Source: a virus (lineage: Duplodnaviria > Caudoviricetes). Taken from it: a stretch of 60,067 nt of DNA. Where the stretch lies: positions 1 to 60,067 of the IMG/VR virus record IMGVR_UViG_3300021964_000066; one strand, 5' to 3'. Shown here piece after piece: positions 47,872 through 56,514 of the stretch. The position numbers were made by a program, and so were the translations under genes. A model generated the notes under the pieces. It saw nothing but the letters and a program-made list of their open reading frames with translations, was not told the origin of the DNA and made no database searches. Positions within the stretch are counted from its first letter, which is position 1. Each line of letters begins with the position of its first letter.

Positions 47872-47956
47872 GCCCCTTTGGCGTAATTGATAGACGCACT
47901 GGATTTAGGTTCCAGCGCCGCGAGGCGTGAGAGTTCGATTCCGGCAGACGGCACCA
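47872..47956 (+). pseudogene. Chimeric/defective tRNA-Leu(TAG)
   Basis: 5' part resembles tRNA-Leu at 48861, but the 3' end (CCGGCAGACGGCACCA) cannot properly form the T stem or acceptor stem. Confidence 0.75.
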
Positions 47957-48010
47957 AAATTTTTTTACCGATTAAATAAATATTTTAATATTTTTATCAA
48001 AGGTAAAATT

Positions 48011-48826
48011 TTGTCATTTCGAGTACATAAAAACGTTGTAACAGATGAGTTTGTTCAAGATACACTGTTATTATTTGATAAAAACATAGGCGCAAGGCAT
48101 CCACTTCCTGAGGAAATACAATCTCCTTATTTCGGACTTGTTGATTTATCTGTTTTACCCAATAAGTATAAAGAACAACTTTTTTCAATTCTAGACAAGA
48201 TTTTAGATGAACCGTATGAACTTGAAAAAATTTACTTGTACGATAAAGAAAAGCACAATTTCTCATTGCATGTTGATACAGGAGAGGATGAAATTCCTCA
48301 AAGACTTTATAAAAATGTCTTAATTCCTATAAAAGGAATCGGAGCTTCTACTGTTATTTTTGAAAACAAATGGTATCATAAAAGAGCACTTTTTAAAAAA
48401 AATAGTGCGAAAAATGAGAAAATTACTGTATCTCTAAACAAAATTTCAGGAGAAAATATTATAGATGATGTTAGAAAATTAACACCATTACCGCCACATT
48501 GTCAACAGCCCTACTGGAAATATGGTTTGACAAAGGAACAAGTTTATGAACTTTTGGCATTCGCCGACATACAAGAGCAAAGATGGATCGTAGGAGATTA
48601 CTCAGAAATAGAAGGTTATGATCCTCGCTTAGAAATTAATAATGAAATTTATGAAAAATACCTTAGTTCAATGACAAAAGATGATTTTAATGGTCTTACC
48701 GTCGATTCCATTTATGATTGGAATATAGGTGATGTGGCAACTTGGGATAGAAATCAATTGCACTGTGGTGCTGGCGATAATGTCAATAAGAAAAGTCTTA
48801 TAATTTTTACAAAAAAATTAAGTTGA
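48011..48826 (+). CDS. 2OG-Fe(II) oxygenase/cupin-like protein
   Basis: LHVDTG...LIP and W..GD...WDR.QLHC; TTG start re-called after AAAGGT; AT-rich. Confidence 0.55.
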   Translation: MSFRVHKNVVTDEFVQDTLLLFDKNIGARHPLPEEIQSPYFGLVDLSVLPNKYKEQLFSILDKILDEPYELEKIYLYDKEKHNFSLHVDTGEDEIPQRLYKNVLIPIKGIGASTVIFENKWYHKRALFKKNSAKNEKITVSLNKISGENIIDDVRKLTPLPPHCQQPYWKYGLTKEQVYELLAFADIQEQRWIVGDYSEIEGYDPRLEINNEIYEKYLSSMTKDDFNGLTVDSIYDWNIGDVATWDRNQLHCGAGDNVNKKSLIIFTKKLS

Positions 48827-48860
48827 CTCGATATTAAAAATTAAATACCTAGTATAAAGT

Positions 48861-48945
48861 GCCCCTTTGGCGTAATTGGTAGCCGCGCTGGATTTAGGTT
48901 CCAGTACCGAGAGGTGTGAGGGTTCGAGTCCCTTGGGGGGCACCA
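48861..48945 (+). tRNA. tRNA-Leu(TAG)
   Basis: GCCCCTT/GGGGGGC, loop TT-TAG-GT, variable arm, CCA. Confidence 0.9.
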
Positions 48946-48955
48946 TAAAGAGTGT

Positions 48956-49029
48956 GCAGGATTCGTATAGTGGTAATACCTCAGCCTTCCAAGCTGATGC
49001 GAGGAGTTCGATTCTCCTATCCTGCTCCA
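48956..49029 (+). tRNA. tRNA-Gly(TCC)
   Basis: GCAGGAT/ATCCTGC, loop CT-TCC-AA, TCCA end. Confidence 0.92.
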
Positions 49030-49032
49030 AGT

Positions 49033-49109
49033 CGGGGTGTAGCGCAGCCTGGTAGCGCAACTGGTTTGGGACCAGTGGGTCGGAGGTTCGAATCCTTTCA
49101 CCCCGACCA
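49033..49109 (+). tRNA. tRNA-Pro(TGG)
   Basis: CGGGGTG/CACCCCG, loop TT-TGG-GA, CCA. Confidence 0.92.
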
Positions 49110-49120
49110 TTATAAATATT

Positions 49121-49196
49121 GGATCGTTAGCTCAGATGGTAGAGCGTCGCGTTTACACCGCGAATGTCGGCAGTTCGATCCTGTCACGATCCACCA
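49121..49196 (+). tRNA. tRNA-Val(TAC)
   Basis: GGATCGT/ACGATCC, loop TT-TAC-AC, CCA. Confidence 0.92.
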
Positions 49197-49200
49197 AATT

Positions 49201-49276
49201 GGGGGTATAGCTCAGTTGGGAGAGCGCTTGATTTGCATTCAAGAGGTCATCGGTTCGATCCCGGTTACCTCCACCA
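49201..49276 (+). tRNA. tRNA-Ala(TGC)
   Basis: GGGGGTA/TACCTCC with G3:U70, loop TT-TGC-AT, CCA. Confidence 0.92.
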
Positions 49277-49291
49277 ATTAAAGGAACAGAT

Positions 49292-49588
49292 ATGAAAAGT
49301 CTAATTGCTATTCTAAGTTTAACACTAAGTGGTACAGCACTAGCCGATCAGGCACTAGCACAGAAAAATATGTGTTTGGCCTGCCACGCTGTTGACACCA
49401 AGTTGGTAGGACCCTCTTACAAGGATGTTGCCGCAAAATATCGAGACCAAAAAGACAGTGTTTCATATCTTGTCAACAAAATCAAAAACGGCGGCTCGGG
49501 TGTTTGGGGTGTGATTCCCATGCCGGCACAGCCACAGCTCAGTGACAAAGACGCTGAAACTTTAGCTAAGTGGATTTTGCAAAAGTAA
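49292..49588 (+). CDS. Class I cytochrome c (c551/c552-like) with signal peptide
   Basis: Sec signal ending ALA-D, CLACH heme motif, K.VGP.Y..VA.KY and G.WG..PMP with axial Met. Confidence 0.92.
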   Translation: MKSLIAILSLTLSGTALADQALAQKNMCLACHAVDTKLVGPSYKDVAAKYRDQKDSVSYLVNKIKNGGSGVWGVIPMPAQPQLSDKDAETLAKWILQK

Positions 49589-49603
49589 TACTTAAGTGTT
49601 ACA

Positions 49604-49632
49604 TTGACAATAATTCCGATTTCACATACAAT
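49604..49632 (+). promoter_or_regulatory. Sigma70 promoter
   Basis: TTGACA-N17-TACAAT. Confidence 0.8.
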
Positions 49633-49646
49633 ACATTTAAGTTGAC

Positions 49647-49701
49647 GCACATTAGAGATAAGACGGTACTGGTTCGAAACGGGACTCCTCGTCTAATGTG
49701 C
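49647..49701 (+). ncRNA. Candidate small structured RNA/leader
   Basis: 10-bp stem GCACATTAGA/TCTAATGTGC enclosing 35 nt that include GGTTCGAAAC. Confidence 0.4.
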
Positions 49702-49706
49702 TTCTT

Positions 49707-49781
49707 GCACGGTTCGTCTATCGGTTAGGACACTGGCCTTTCACGCCGGTAAGAGGGGTTCGATTCCCCTACCGTGTACCA
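49707..49781 (+). tRNA. tRNA-Glu(TTC)
   Basis: GCACGGT/ACCGTGT, loop CT-TTC-AC, CCA. Confidence 0.9.
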
Positions 49782-49786
49782 AACAT

Positions 49787-49864
49787 AGTACGGTGGCAGA
49801 GTGGCCCAATGCACGGGACTGCAAATCCCGAAAATCGTCGGTTCAAATCCGACCCGTACTTCCA
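49787..49864 (+). tRNA. tRNA-Cys(GCA)
   Basis: AGTACGG/CCGTACT, loop CT-GCA-AA, U73-CCA. Confidence 0.9.
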
Positions 49865-50056
49865 GAACGTTCCGTGTAGCAACGGATACTCCGACCCGGA
49901 GGATGAGAAGTGGTGTAGCAACCACGGGTGGTTCCAGTCCAACCAAACTGGCGCTGGCAATGCGACAACGGTCCCTGTCGGGAAGCGGGTGGAAGGTATC
50001 TGTGAAGCGATGCATAGTGGAGATACTATAATTACCGCCGGGGGACGCAGAGCACT
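49865..50056 (+). ncRNA. Candidate ~190-nt multi-stem non-coding RNA between tRNA-Cys and tRNA-Tyr
   Basis: GC-rich with no credible ORF; at least seven complementary stems identified by eye. Confidence 0.65.
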
Positions 50057-50058
50057 TT

Positions 50059-50143
50059 GGACAGGTGGGTGAGTGGTTAAAACCAGCAGACTGTAAATCT
50101 GCCGCCCCTGGCTACGTTAGTTCGAATCTAACCCTGTCCACCA
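50059..50143 (+). tRNA. tRNA-Tyr(GTA)
   Basis: GGACAGG/CCTGTCC, loop CT-GTA-AA, variable arm, CCA. Confidence 0.92.
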
Positions 50144-50148
50144 TATTT

Positions 50149-50223
50149 GGTCTGTTAGTTAAACGGTTATAATAATGGCCTGTCACGCCGTAGTCAGGGG
50201 TTCGACTCCCCTACAGACCGCCA
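50149..50223 (+). tRNA. tRNA-Asp(GTC)
   Basis: GGTCTGT/ACAGACC, loop CT-GTC-AC, GCCA end. Confidence 0.92.
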
Positions 50224-50274
50224 AATAAATTTAGATCATTATAAAAAAATAATTAATGTATCTAAGGATCGAAT

Positions 50275-50988
50275 GTGAAAAAATTTAAAGATACACTTAC
50301 CATTAAATTACGGGATTTACACAAGCCTGCAATGCGATCGTTTACCAGTCTGGCTGTTGTATTCTACATGAATCAATATTTTAAATTTAAAAATTTATTG
50401 GAAATAGGATTTTATCAAGGCCTAACATTTGGCTGCTTATTAGAATCTGCCCAAGATGGAGCGATACTGACCGCTATCGACACCAGATTTCGAATGGAGA
50501 TTTATGATAAATTTTATAAAGACAGTGAATACACAAAAAATAAACAGATTAATCTACTAGAAATATCTGACAGAGAGTTTGAACCAATCGGCGTATATGA
50601 TTTTGTTAATGTAGATTCTGGTCCAGATAGAAAAACACCATTAATGAAAATTCTTAATCATGTAAATGAGCAGAGTATAATTATGTTTGATAATTATGAT
50701 TTTATACAGTTTAAACATCAACTTGATGAGTTTATATCTAAATCCAAATTACACAATTTTGTACCTTTTCTATTAGATGGCGGCGCAATGTATTTCCATC
50801 ATAAAAATAGTGATCATGCGGACTTTCTTGATAATTTTTTAGAAAATATTTTTTGGAAATGGTGTTCTACTGATAACATTGATTATTTAGGACATAGAGT
50901 GAAACAAATACTTCCCAAAGATCTAAAAGACTCATTGAACGAGATGCCAGAGGTATTTAGAGAATTGTTAAATCATATGGATTTTTAA
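50275..50988 (+). CDS. Class I SAM-dependent methyltransferase-like protein
   Basis: LLEIGFYQG.T motif I, YDFVNVDSG and IIMFDN; start uncertain. Confidence 0.7.
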   Translation: MKKFKDTLTIKLRDLHKPAMRSFTSLAVVFYMNQYFKFKNLLEIGFYQGLTFGCLLESAQDGAILTAIDTRFRMEIYDKFYKDSEYTKNKQINLLEISDREFEPIGVYDFVNVDSGPDRKTPLMKILNHVNEQSIIMFDNYDFIQFKHQLDEFISKSKLHNFVPFLLDGGAMYFHHKNSDHADFLDNFLENIFWKWCSTDNIDYLGHRVKQILPKDLKDSLNEMPEVFRELLNHMDF

Positions 50989-50993
50989 AATAC

Positions 50994-51022
50994 TAGACAG
51001 TACATAAACAATCATATATAAT
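50994..51022 (+). promoter_or_regulatory. Sigma70 promoter
   Basis: TAGACA-N17-TATAAT, 10 nt before tRNA-Ser. Confidence 0.75.
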
Positions 51023-51031
51023 TACTATATA

Positions 51032-51118
51032 GGAAGGTTGGCAGAGTGGTAATGCACCGGATTGCTAATCCGCCGTCCAGAAATGGGCGCACAGGTTCGA
51101 GTCCTGTACCTTCCGCCA
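51032..51118 (+). tRNA. tRNA-Ser(GCT)
   Basis: GGAAGGT/ACCTTCC, loop TT-GCT-AA, long variable arm, GCCA end. Confidence 0.9.
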
Positions 51119-51122
51119 TATT

Positions 51123-51198
51123 GCGGGTATGGTGCTAACGGTTAACACACGACCTTGCCAAGGTTGAGTTGAGGGTTCGATTCCCTCTACCCGCTCCA
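51123..51198 (+). tRNA. tRNA-Gly(GCC)
   Basis: GCGGGTA/TACCCGC, loop TT-GCC-AA, TCCA end. Confidence 0.9.
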
Positions 51199-51301
51199 CT
51201 AAATACAGAATATTATAAGGAGAACCACCAAATGGGGGCGTCGCGGTTGCAATTATCATGATAGTTCTTTATAATATTGTAAAAAAATAAGGAGACACAC
51301 T

Positions 51302-51475
51302 ATGAAGCAGACAGTATATCGAAATGCTGTAAATCAGCGTGAGCAGTGGATCTGTGACGATCCCAAAAAGACCAAATACATAGACGGTGTCCAATATCTC
51401 ATGGTTCGTAGGCCCGACAGTCATCGCGAAGTCCTTGTAAGAAAGGACAGTTTAATTCGGGTGCAAGCCAAGTAA
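51302..51475 (+). CDS. 57-aa hypothetical protein (MKQTVYRNAVNQREQWICDD...)
   Basis: My translation; strong SD TAAGGAG. Confidence 0.7.
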   Translation: MKQTVYRNAVNQREQWICDDPKKTKYIDGVQYLMVRRPDSHREVLVRKDSLIRVQAK

Positions 51476-51490
51476 CATTAAATATCTTGT

Positions 51491-52594
51491 ATGAGAATTA
51501 TCGAAGAAGTAAAGTTGGATTTCAAAGATGTACTCTTTGTGCCAAAACGCAGTACCTTGACTAGCAGGCGTGAAGTTGATTTAACCAGGCATTTTCGATT
51601 TAAACACAGTGGCTATGAATATACGGGTATACCTATCATGGCTTCAAACATGGATGGTGTTGGCACATTTAAAATGGCCCAGGCGTTAACAGAACACCAA
51701 TTGTTTACCTGTATAGTAAAAACTAAAGGTTTTGCCGACTGGGTTGAAAATTGGAAAAACTTAACAGAGAATACTGTGGCAGTAAGCACGGGTATTACAG
51801 AAGCAGACAGTCAACGATTAGACACGATTTTAAAACACTGTCCTGACATACAGTTTATCTGTATCGATGTTGCTAATGGCTATCACGAACACTTTGGTGA
51901 TTTTGTTGAACAGGTCAGACTTAAATATCCCGCAAAAACTATCATTGCTGGTAACGTAGTTACTGCAGACATGACGCAAGAACTTATCATGAGAGGAGCA
52001 GACATTGTCAAAGTTGGAATCGGCCCAGGATCGGTATGCACGACTAGGTTTCAAACTGGGGTTGGCTACCCGCAACTTAGTGCGATTATTGAGTGCAGTG
52101 ATGCGGCTCATGGGCTCAATGCCCATATTATTGCTGATGGCGGTTGCACTAGCCCAGGCGATGTGGCTAAGGCATTTGGCGCCGGCGCCGACTTTGTCAT
52201 GCTTGGGGGTATGTTAGCAGGACATACCGAAGGCGGCGGCGAAGTTATTACAAAATATTATAATCCACAAAATGAATATTTCCTTGAAAACAAGGAACGT
52301 GGGGATTATGCTCCGGTAATAAAAATGCAAAAGACCAGTCAGTTTTACGGTATGAGTTCAGACACTGCTATGAACAAACACAGTGGCGGTGTTGCTAACT
52401 ATCGTAGCAGTGAAGGTAAAACAGTAACCATGCCCTACAAAGGTGATGTTGAGCATACAGTGTTAGACATATTGGGCGGCTTACGTAGCACCTGCACTTA
52501 CGTTGGTGCTATAAACTTAAAAAATCTCAGTAAGTGTACTACTTTTGTGAGAGTTACGCAACAGACTAACGACATTTATGGAAAACCACGATGA
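51491..52594 (+). CDS. guaC: GMP reductase
   Basis: [50 protein letters not shown] and YR.SEGK. Confidence 0.93.
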   Translation: MRIIEEVKLDFKDVLFVPKRSTLTSRREVDLTRHFRFKHSGYEYTGIPIMASNMDGVGTFKMAQALTEHQLFTCIVKTKGFADWVENWKNLTENTVAVSTGITEADSQRLDTILKHCPDIQFICIDVANGYHEHFGDFVEQVRLKYPAKTIIAGNVVTADMTQELIMRGADIVKVGIGPGSVCTTRFQTGVGYPQLSAIIECSDAAHGLNAHIIADGGCTSPGDVAKAFGAGADFVMLGGMLAGHTEGGGEVITKYYNPQNEYFLENKERGDYAPVIKMQKTSQFYGMSSDTAMNKHSGGVANYRSSEGKTVTMPYKGDVEHTVLDILGGLRSTCTYVGAINLKNLSKCTTFVRVTQQTNDIYGKPR

Positions 52595-53568
52595 GTTTCA
52601 AAGAAGAAATTTTAAAATACAGTAGGCAAGATCAAATTGCCCCGCTTAGTGATTGGTTCGACAATGCACTAAGAGAACTAATTGATTTTGATGTTTATCC
52701 CTACGAAGATAAACTCAGTGAAATTGGTAAAATTCTAATTAAAAATCTAGTAGAATACCGACAAAAGTATAACATTGAAAATGTTGTAATAGGTATGAGT
52801 GGTGGCGTAGACAGCGCACTTACCGCAGCCTTGTTTAAACAGGCAGGTTGGCAAGTACACGGTTATACACTACCAATTCATCAAAAGACTGAAGAAACTC
52901 TCCGAGGTCGGCGTGCTTGTGAAGCATTAGGTATTAATCATACGGAAATTGATTTGACTGCTACTTACGATGGCATGATAGCATGGTTCATGCAACACGA
53001 CGATACGCTAGTAGGCCAAGGCACTGAACCTTTACGCAAAGGTAATTTACGTGTGAGACTGCGTATGATGACCTTGTATAACCAAGCTAGTAAACACCGA
53101 GGTCTAGTAGCCAGCACAGACAACTACAGTGAACTGGCTGCAGGATTTTGGACACTGCACGGTGATGTAGGTGACGTCAGTCCTATTCAAAGTCTTAACA
53201 AAAGTTGGGAAGTACCTAAACTGGCAGAACTGATGGCTGTACCTCAAGAAACAGTGTTTGCTGTGCCTACAGATGGATTAGGTATTAGCAATAGTGACGA
53301 AGACCAATTCGGGTTTAGTTATTTGGAGTTTGACATTGTTCTACATCGCGTTGGACAGACCACTATTACTTCTTCCAACCGGCAGGAAATTTTAGAATCA
53401 TTAGCAGTGCCCGACACCGATTTAGAAAAAGTAAATCGTATCTTAGATAGAATTCAGAGCAGTACATTTAAACGAGCAAATCCTTATAACTTACTGCACC
53501 CCGCACAACCTACTAGATTCCAACAACTGGAAACCATAGACACAGCATTGTGGAATACAGTAAAATAA
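52591..53568 (+). CDS. nadE: NH3-dependent NAD+ synthetase
   Basis: [11 protein letters not shown]...RLRM..LY, TDN.SE...[13 protein letters not shown] and DEDQFG.SY. Confidence 0.88.
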   Translation: MSFKEEILKYSRQDQIAPLSDWFDNALRELIDFDVYPYEDKLSEIGKILIKNLVEYRQKYNIENVVIGMSGGVDSALTAALFKQAGWQVHGYTLPIHQKTEETLRGRRACEALGINHTEIDLTATYDGMIAWFMQHDDTLVGQGTEPLRKGNLRVRLRMMTLYNQASKHRGLVASTDNYSELAAGFWTLHGDVGDVSPIQSLNKSWEVPKLAELMAVPQETVFAVPTDGLGISNSDEDQFGFSYLEFDIVLHRVGQTTITSSNRQEILESLAVPDTDLEKVNRILDRIQSSTFKRANPYNLLHPAQPTRFQQLETIDTALWNTVK

Positions 53569-53589
53569 ATACCCAATCAACCGTATTCT

Positions 53590-54024
53590 ATGATTTACGA
53601 AATTAAAGACGAAAAAGATCCTTATAGTCGTTACGTTCTTGAAGATCCTGTCAGAGCGCACATACCTATGGCGGAACGCTTTGGTCCAAATCGTCATGTG
53701 TTTGCCTTATTAGAAAACGACACAATCAGTGCTGTGGTCTGTAGTAAACTCTGTTGTGGTGTACCTACCAGTGAACAGTCTTTATTGTCTAACAATTGCG
53801 CTAATTCAAACACTATAGTGTTTTACACTATTTGGAGTTATCGGCCAGGAGCAGGACAAAAACTAATCGCAGAAGGTCTAAAATTAGCAAAATCAAAATT
53901 CAGTAATGTAGATCAATTTGTTACACTAAGCCCGCCTACAGAAATGGCTCGTCGTTTTCATTTAAAAAATGGCGCCACTGTCTACCGTGTAAATGAAGAC
54001 ACAGTCAACTATGAGTACAAATAA
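53590..54024 (+). CDS. Hypothetical protein, possibly GNAT-like
   Basis: FYTIWSYRPGAG..LI and TLSP...ARRFHLKNGA recall acetyl-CoA-binding motifs. Confidence 0.5.
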   Translation: MIYEIKDEKDPYSRYVLEDPVRAHIPMAERFGPNRHVFALLENDTISAVVCSKLCCGVPTSEQSLLSNNCANSNTIVFYTIWSYRPGAGQKLIAEGLKLAKSKFSNVDQFVTLSPPTEMARRFHLKNGATVYRVNEDTVNYEYK

Positions 54025-54779
54025 TGGTACATGTCAAAAACTATGTAATCTGCGCTCATCGCAGAATTAAAAGCACAAAATGGGTCTGGAAAGACACTAA
54101 AGACGAAGGCGATATCTACGAAATCTACAGTGAAATGTGTCGCAACAGTCTTGCCAGTATGCGTAAGTTTTTAGAAGGTGACTGGGAGTACATATTGTTT
54201 GATGAGGAAATAGAATCTATCAATGATGCTATGCCTTTAAACAATGACAGAACTTACGAACTTTATCATAGTGGACCCTGTAATGTTCTATGGGTAGGAC
54301 CTGATGTACAGTTTGTAAAACCCACACGCATTTTTGGTGAATTCAAAGAGTTTAGATTGTTTAACTGGACTGATCCCAAAAGTTGGCATGAACCCAATCA
54401 GTATAACAAAAGTTTTGACAACTTGTTTAACAATGATTTACAGTATTTTCCCGCGGGCATGGATCCTGAATTATGGCGTGTGGAACGTGAGATGCGAGCA
54501 GCGTGGGATAACACAGACGGCATGAGCAGTTATAACAATCAGCAGATTATTCATAACACCATGTTTTGGAGTCAAGGATTGACATGGGAGGATGCACACA
54601 GACCCCAACTGTTTTATCAAGCACAATGGTTGCCGTGGCACGAGGTTGCCATGCAGGATGAATGGAACGGTTGCAGATATGAAGATGCACAGGTCATACA
54701 CTGGCATAGCAGCCGCCACAGTCCTACAAAATTAGAATGCATGCGACAGGTAAATGCAGCACTAGGAGTTGAAGTCTAG
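54024..54779 (+). CDS. Putative glycosyltransferase (GT-A-like)
   Basis: VLWVGPDVQF (degenerate DxD), NQQI and VIHWHSSR; first gene of the sugar block. Confidence 0.45.
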   Translation: MVHVKNYVICAHRRIKSTKWVWKDTKDEGDIYEIYSEMCRNSLASMRKFLEGDWEYILFDEEIESINDAMPLNNDRTYELYHSGPCNVLWVGPDVQFVKPTRIFGEFKEFRLFNWTDPKSWHEPNQYNKSFDNLFNNDLQYFPAGMDPELWRVEREMRAAWDNTDGMSSYNNQQIIHNTMFWSQGLTWEDAHRPQLFYQAQWLPWHEVAMQDEWNGCRYEDAQVIHWHSSRHSPTKLECMRQVNAALGVEV

Positions 54780-55579
54780 TGCGTATTGGCATTGTTGGTG
54801 CAAACGGTTTTATTGGCAGATACCTTGCTCGACGTTACACTGACAGAGGGCATGACGTTGACTCAGTAACAAGACAGAGTTTTACTATTGAAAACTATAC
54901 CGCAGTTGACACTTGGTTGGCACACAGAACTCCAGACGTTGTTATTAATTGTGCAGTAGTGGGTGGCGGTCCGTTGGTCACACAGGTAAATGATCAAACT
55001 GTGCGTACAAATCTCTCAGTATTTCAAAATTTTTATAACAGCGCCAACGTCAGGCGATACATTAATATAGGATCTGGTGCGGAATTTGACAAAAAACATG
55101 ATTTAGTAAACCAACATGAAGATTCTATCTTTCATAGTGTTCCAGAAGACAGTTACGGATATAGTAAAAATGTAATTGCAAGAATGGCGAGACAACGAGA
55201 AGAATTTTATACCCTAAGACTGTTTGGATGTTTTCATAATACCGAATCTAGTCAACGTATATTAAAAAAAATTATGAACAACACCAGTGAAGATTGGTTA
55301 ATAGAGGACAAATATTTTGATATGTTTGGCTTAGAAGATTTTGCTCGTGTAGTTGACTATTATTTGGCTGCAGGATCTGTCAAAGACATTAATTGTGTAT
55401 ACCAAAACAAAACAAAATTGTTTGATACGGTCAAAGCATTTGCAGATTATCACAGCGTAGATGCAACTGTTACACTAGGACCCAAAGGTCTGAGTTATTC
55501 AGGCAATGGAGATCAGTTGGCAGATTTAGATTTAGACTTGCTGGGCCTACAGTCCAGTATAGAAAGATACAATGACTAA
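54779..55579 (+). CDS. NAD-dependent epimerase/dehydratase/reductase (extended SDR)
   Basis: GANGFIG, GSGAEF and YGYSK (YxxxK). Confidence 0.85.
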   Translation: MRIGIVGANGFIGRYLARRYTDRGHDVDSVTRQSFTIENYTAVDTWLAHRTPDVVINCAVVGGGPLVTQVNDQTVRTNLSVFQNFYNSANVRRYINIGSGAEFDKKHDLVNQHEDSIFHSVPEDSYGYSKNVIARMARQREEFYTLRLFGCFHNTESSQRILKKIMNNTSEDWLIEDKYFDMFGLEDFARVVDYYLAAGSVKDINCVYQNKTKLFDTVKAFADYHSVDATVTLGPKGLSYSGNGDQLADLDLDLLGLQSSIERYND

Positions 55580-56513
55580 AAAAATTGTTTATGTCACTGG
55601 CTGTTTGGGTTTTATAGGTTATCATGTAACCCGTGCTTGTTTAGAGCAAGGATGGTATGTCAGAGGTGTCGACAAAGGCACTTATGCTGCAAACTGGAAC
55701 CTACTTCCGGAACTCGAAAAATACAAAACATTTACTTTTGAGCATAAAGACATTAACGACATAGAAAGAATCTACGATTGCGATTATTTTATTAACACAG
55801 CCGCAGAAACACATGTAGACAACAGTATTGAAAGTTCGGATGAATTTGTGCACAGCAACATAGATGGTGTGCATCATTTGCTAAAACTAATAAATCAAAA
55901 GAAATATCGTAAGCCTGTGTTTTTACATTTTAGCACCGATGAAGTATATGGTGATATTGAACAGGGCAGTCACACTGAACAGGATTTACTAAGACCCAGT
56001 AATCCTTACAGTGCCACTAAAGCAGCCGCAGACATGTTGGTACTTGCTTGGGGCAGAACGTATAATCTGCCATATGTAATTGTGCGGCCAACCAACAACT
56101 ACGGTATTGGGCAGTATGTAGAAAAACTTATTCCCAAGACCTGTAAATTTTTAACTGTGGGTAAAAAGGTAGACTTACATAACAACGGAACTCCTGTGCG
56201 TACTTGGTTGCATGCCGAAGATACTGCTCGAGCCGTAATCACCATTATTAATGCCGGCGTTGAAAATGAAATCTACAACATAAGTGGACCGTATCAAACT
56301 GAAAATATAAATGTAGTAACCAAAATACTAAAGTTACACAACCTCAGAGGTTCAGTAGACGATTACATCGAACACATGGAACGAATTGGGCAGGACGTTA
56401 GATATAGTATCGATGACACAAAATTGAAAAAACTGGGTTGGCAACCAAGGGCAGAGTTTGACAAAGAGTTGGCAAAGATAGTAAAATACTACAAGAACAA
56501 TTTTATTTGGTAA
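55572..56513 (+). CDS. rfbB: dTDP-glucose 4,6-dehydratase-like enzyme
   Basis: TGCLGFIG, AAETHVD.SI, STDEVYG, PSNPYSATKA, NNYG..Q..EKLIP and D.RY. Confidence 0.88.
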   Translation: MTKKIVYVTGCLGFIGYHVTRACLEQGWYVRGVDKGTYAANWNLLPELEKYKTFTFEHKDINDIERIYDCDYFINTAAETHVDNSIESSDEFVHSNIDGVHHLLKLINQKKYRKPVFLHFSTDEVYGDIEQGSHTEQDLLRPSNPYSATKAAADMLVLAWGRTYNLPYVIVRPTNNYGIGQYVEKLIPKTCKFLTVGKKVDLHNNGTPVRTWLHAEDTARAVITIINAGVENEIYNISGPYQTENINVVTKILKLHNLRGSVDDYIEHMERIGQDVRYSIDDTKLKKLGWQPRAEFDKELAKIVKYYKNNFIW

Positions 56514-56514
56514 T

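Noticed and set aside
49865-50056. Calling the large RNA tmRNA, RNase P or GOLLD
   Set aside because: Too short, and I see no tRNA-like acceptor/tag ORF or RNase P P4 signature; family left unassigned
47161-51259. ORF-track entries overlapping tRNAs (e.g. 47161, 48841, 48952, 49698, 49801, 51065)
   Set aside because: They are chance frames across tRNA/ncRNA genes
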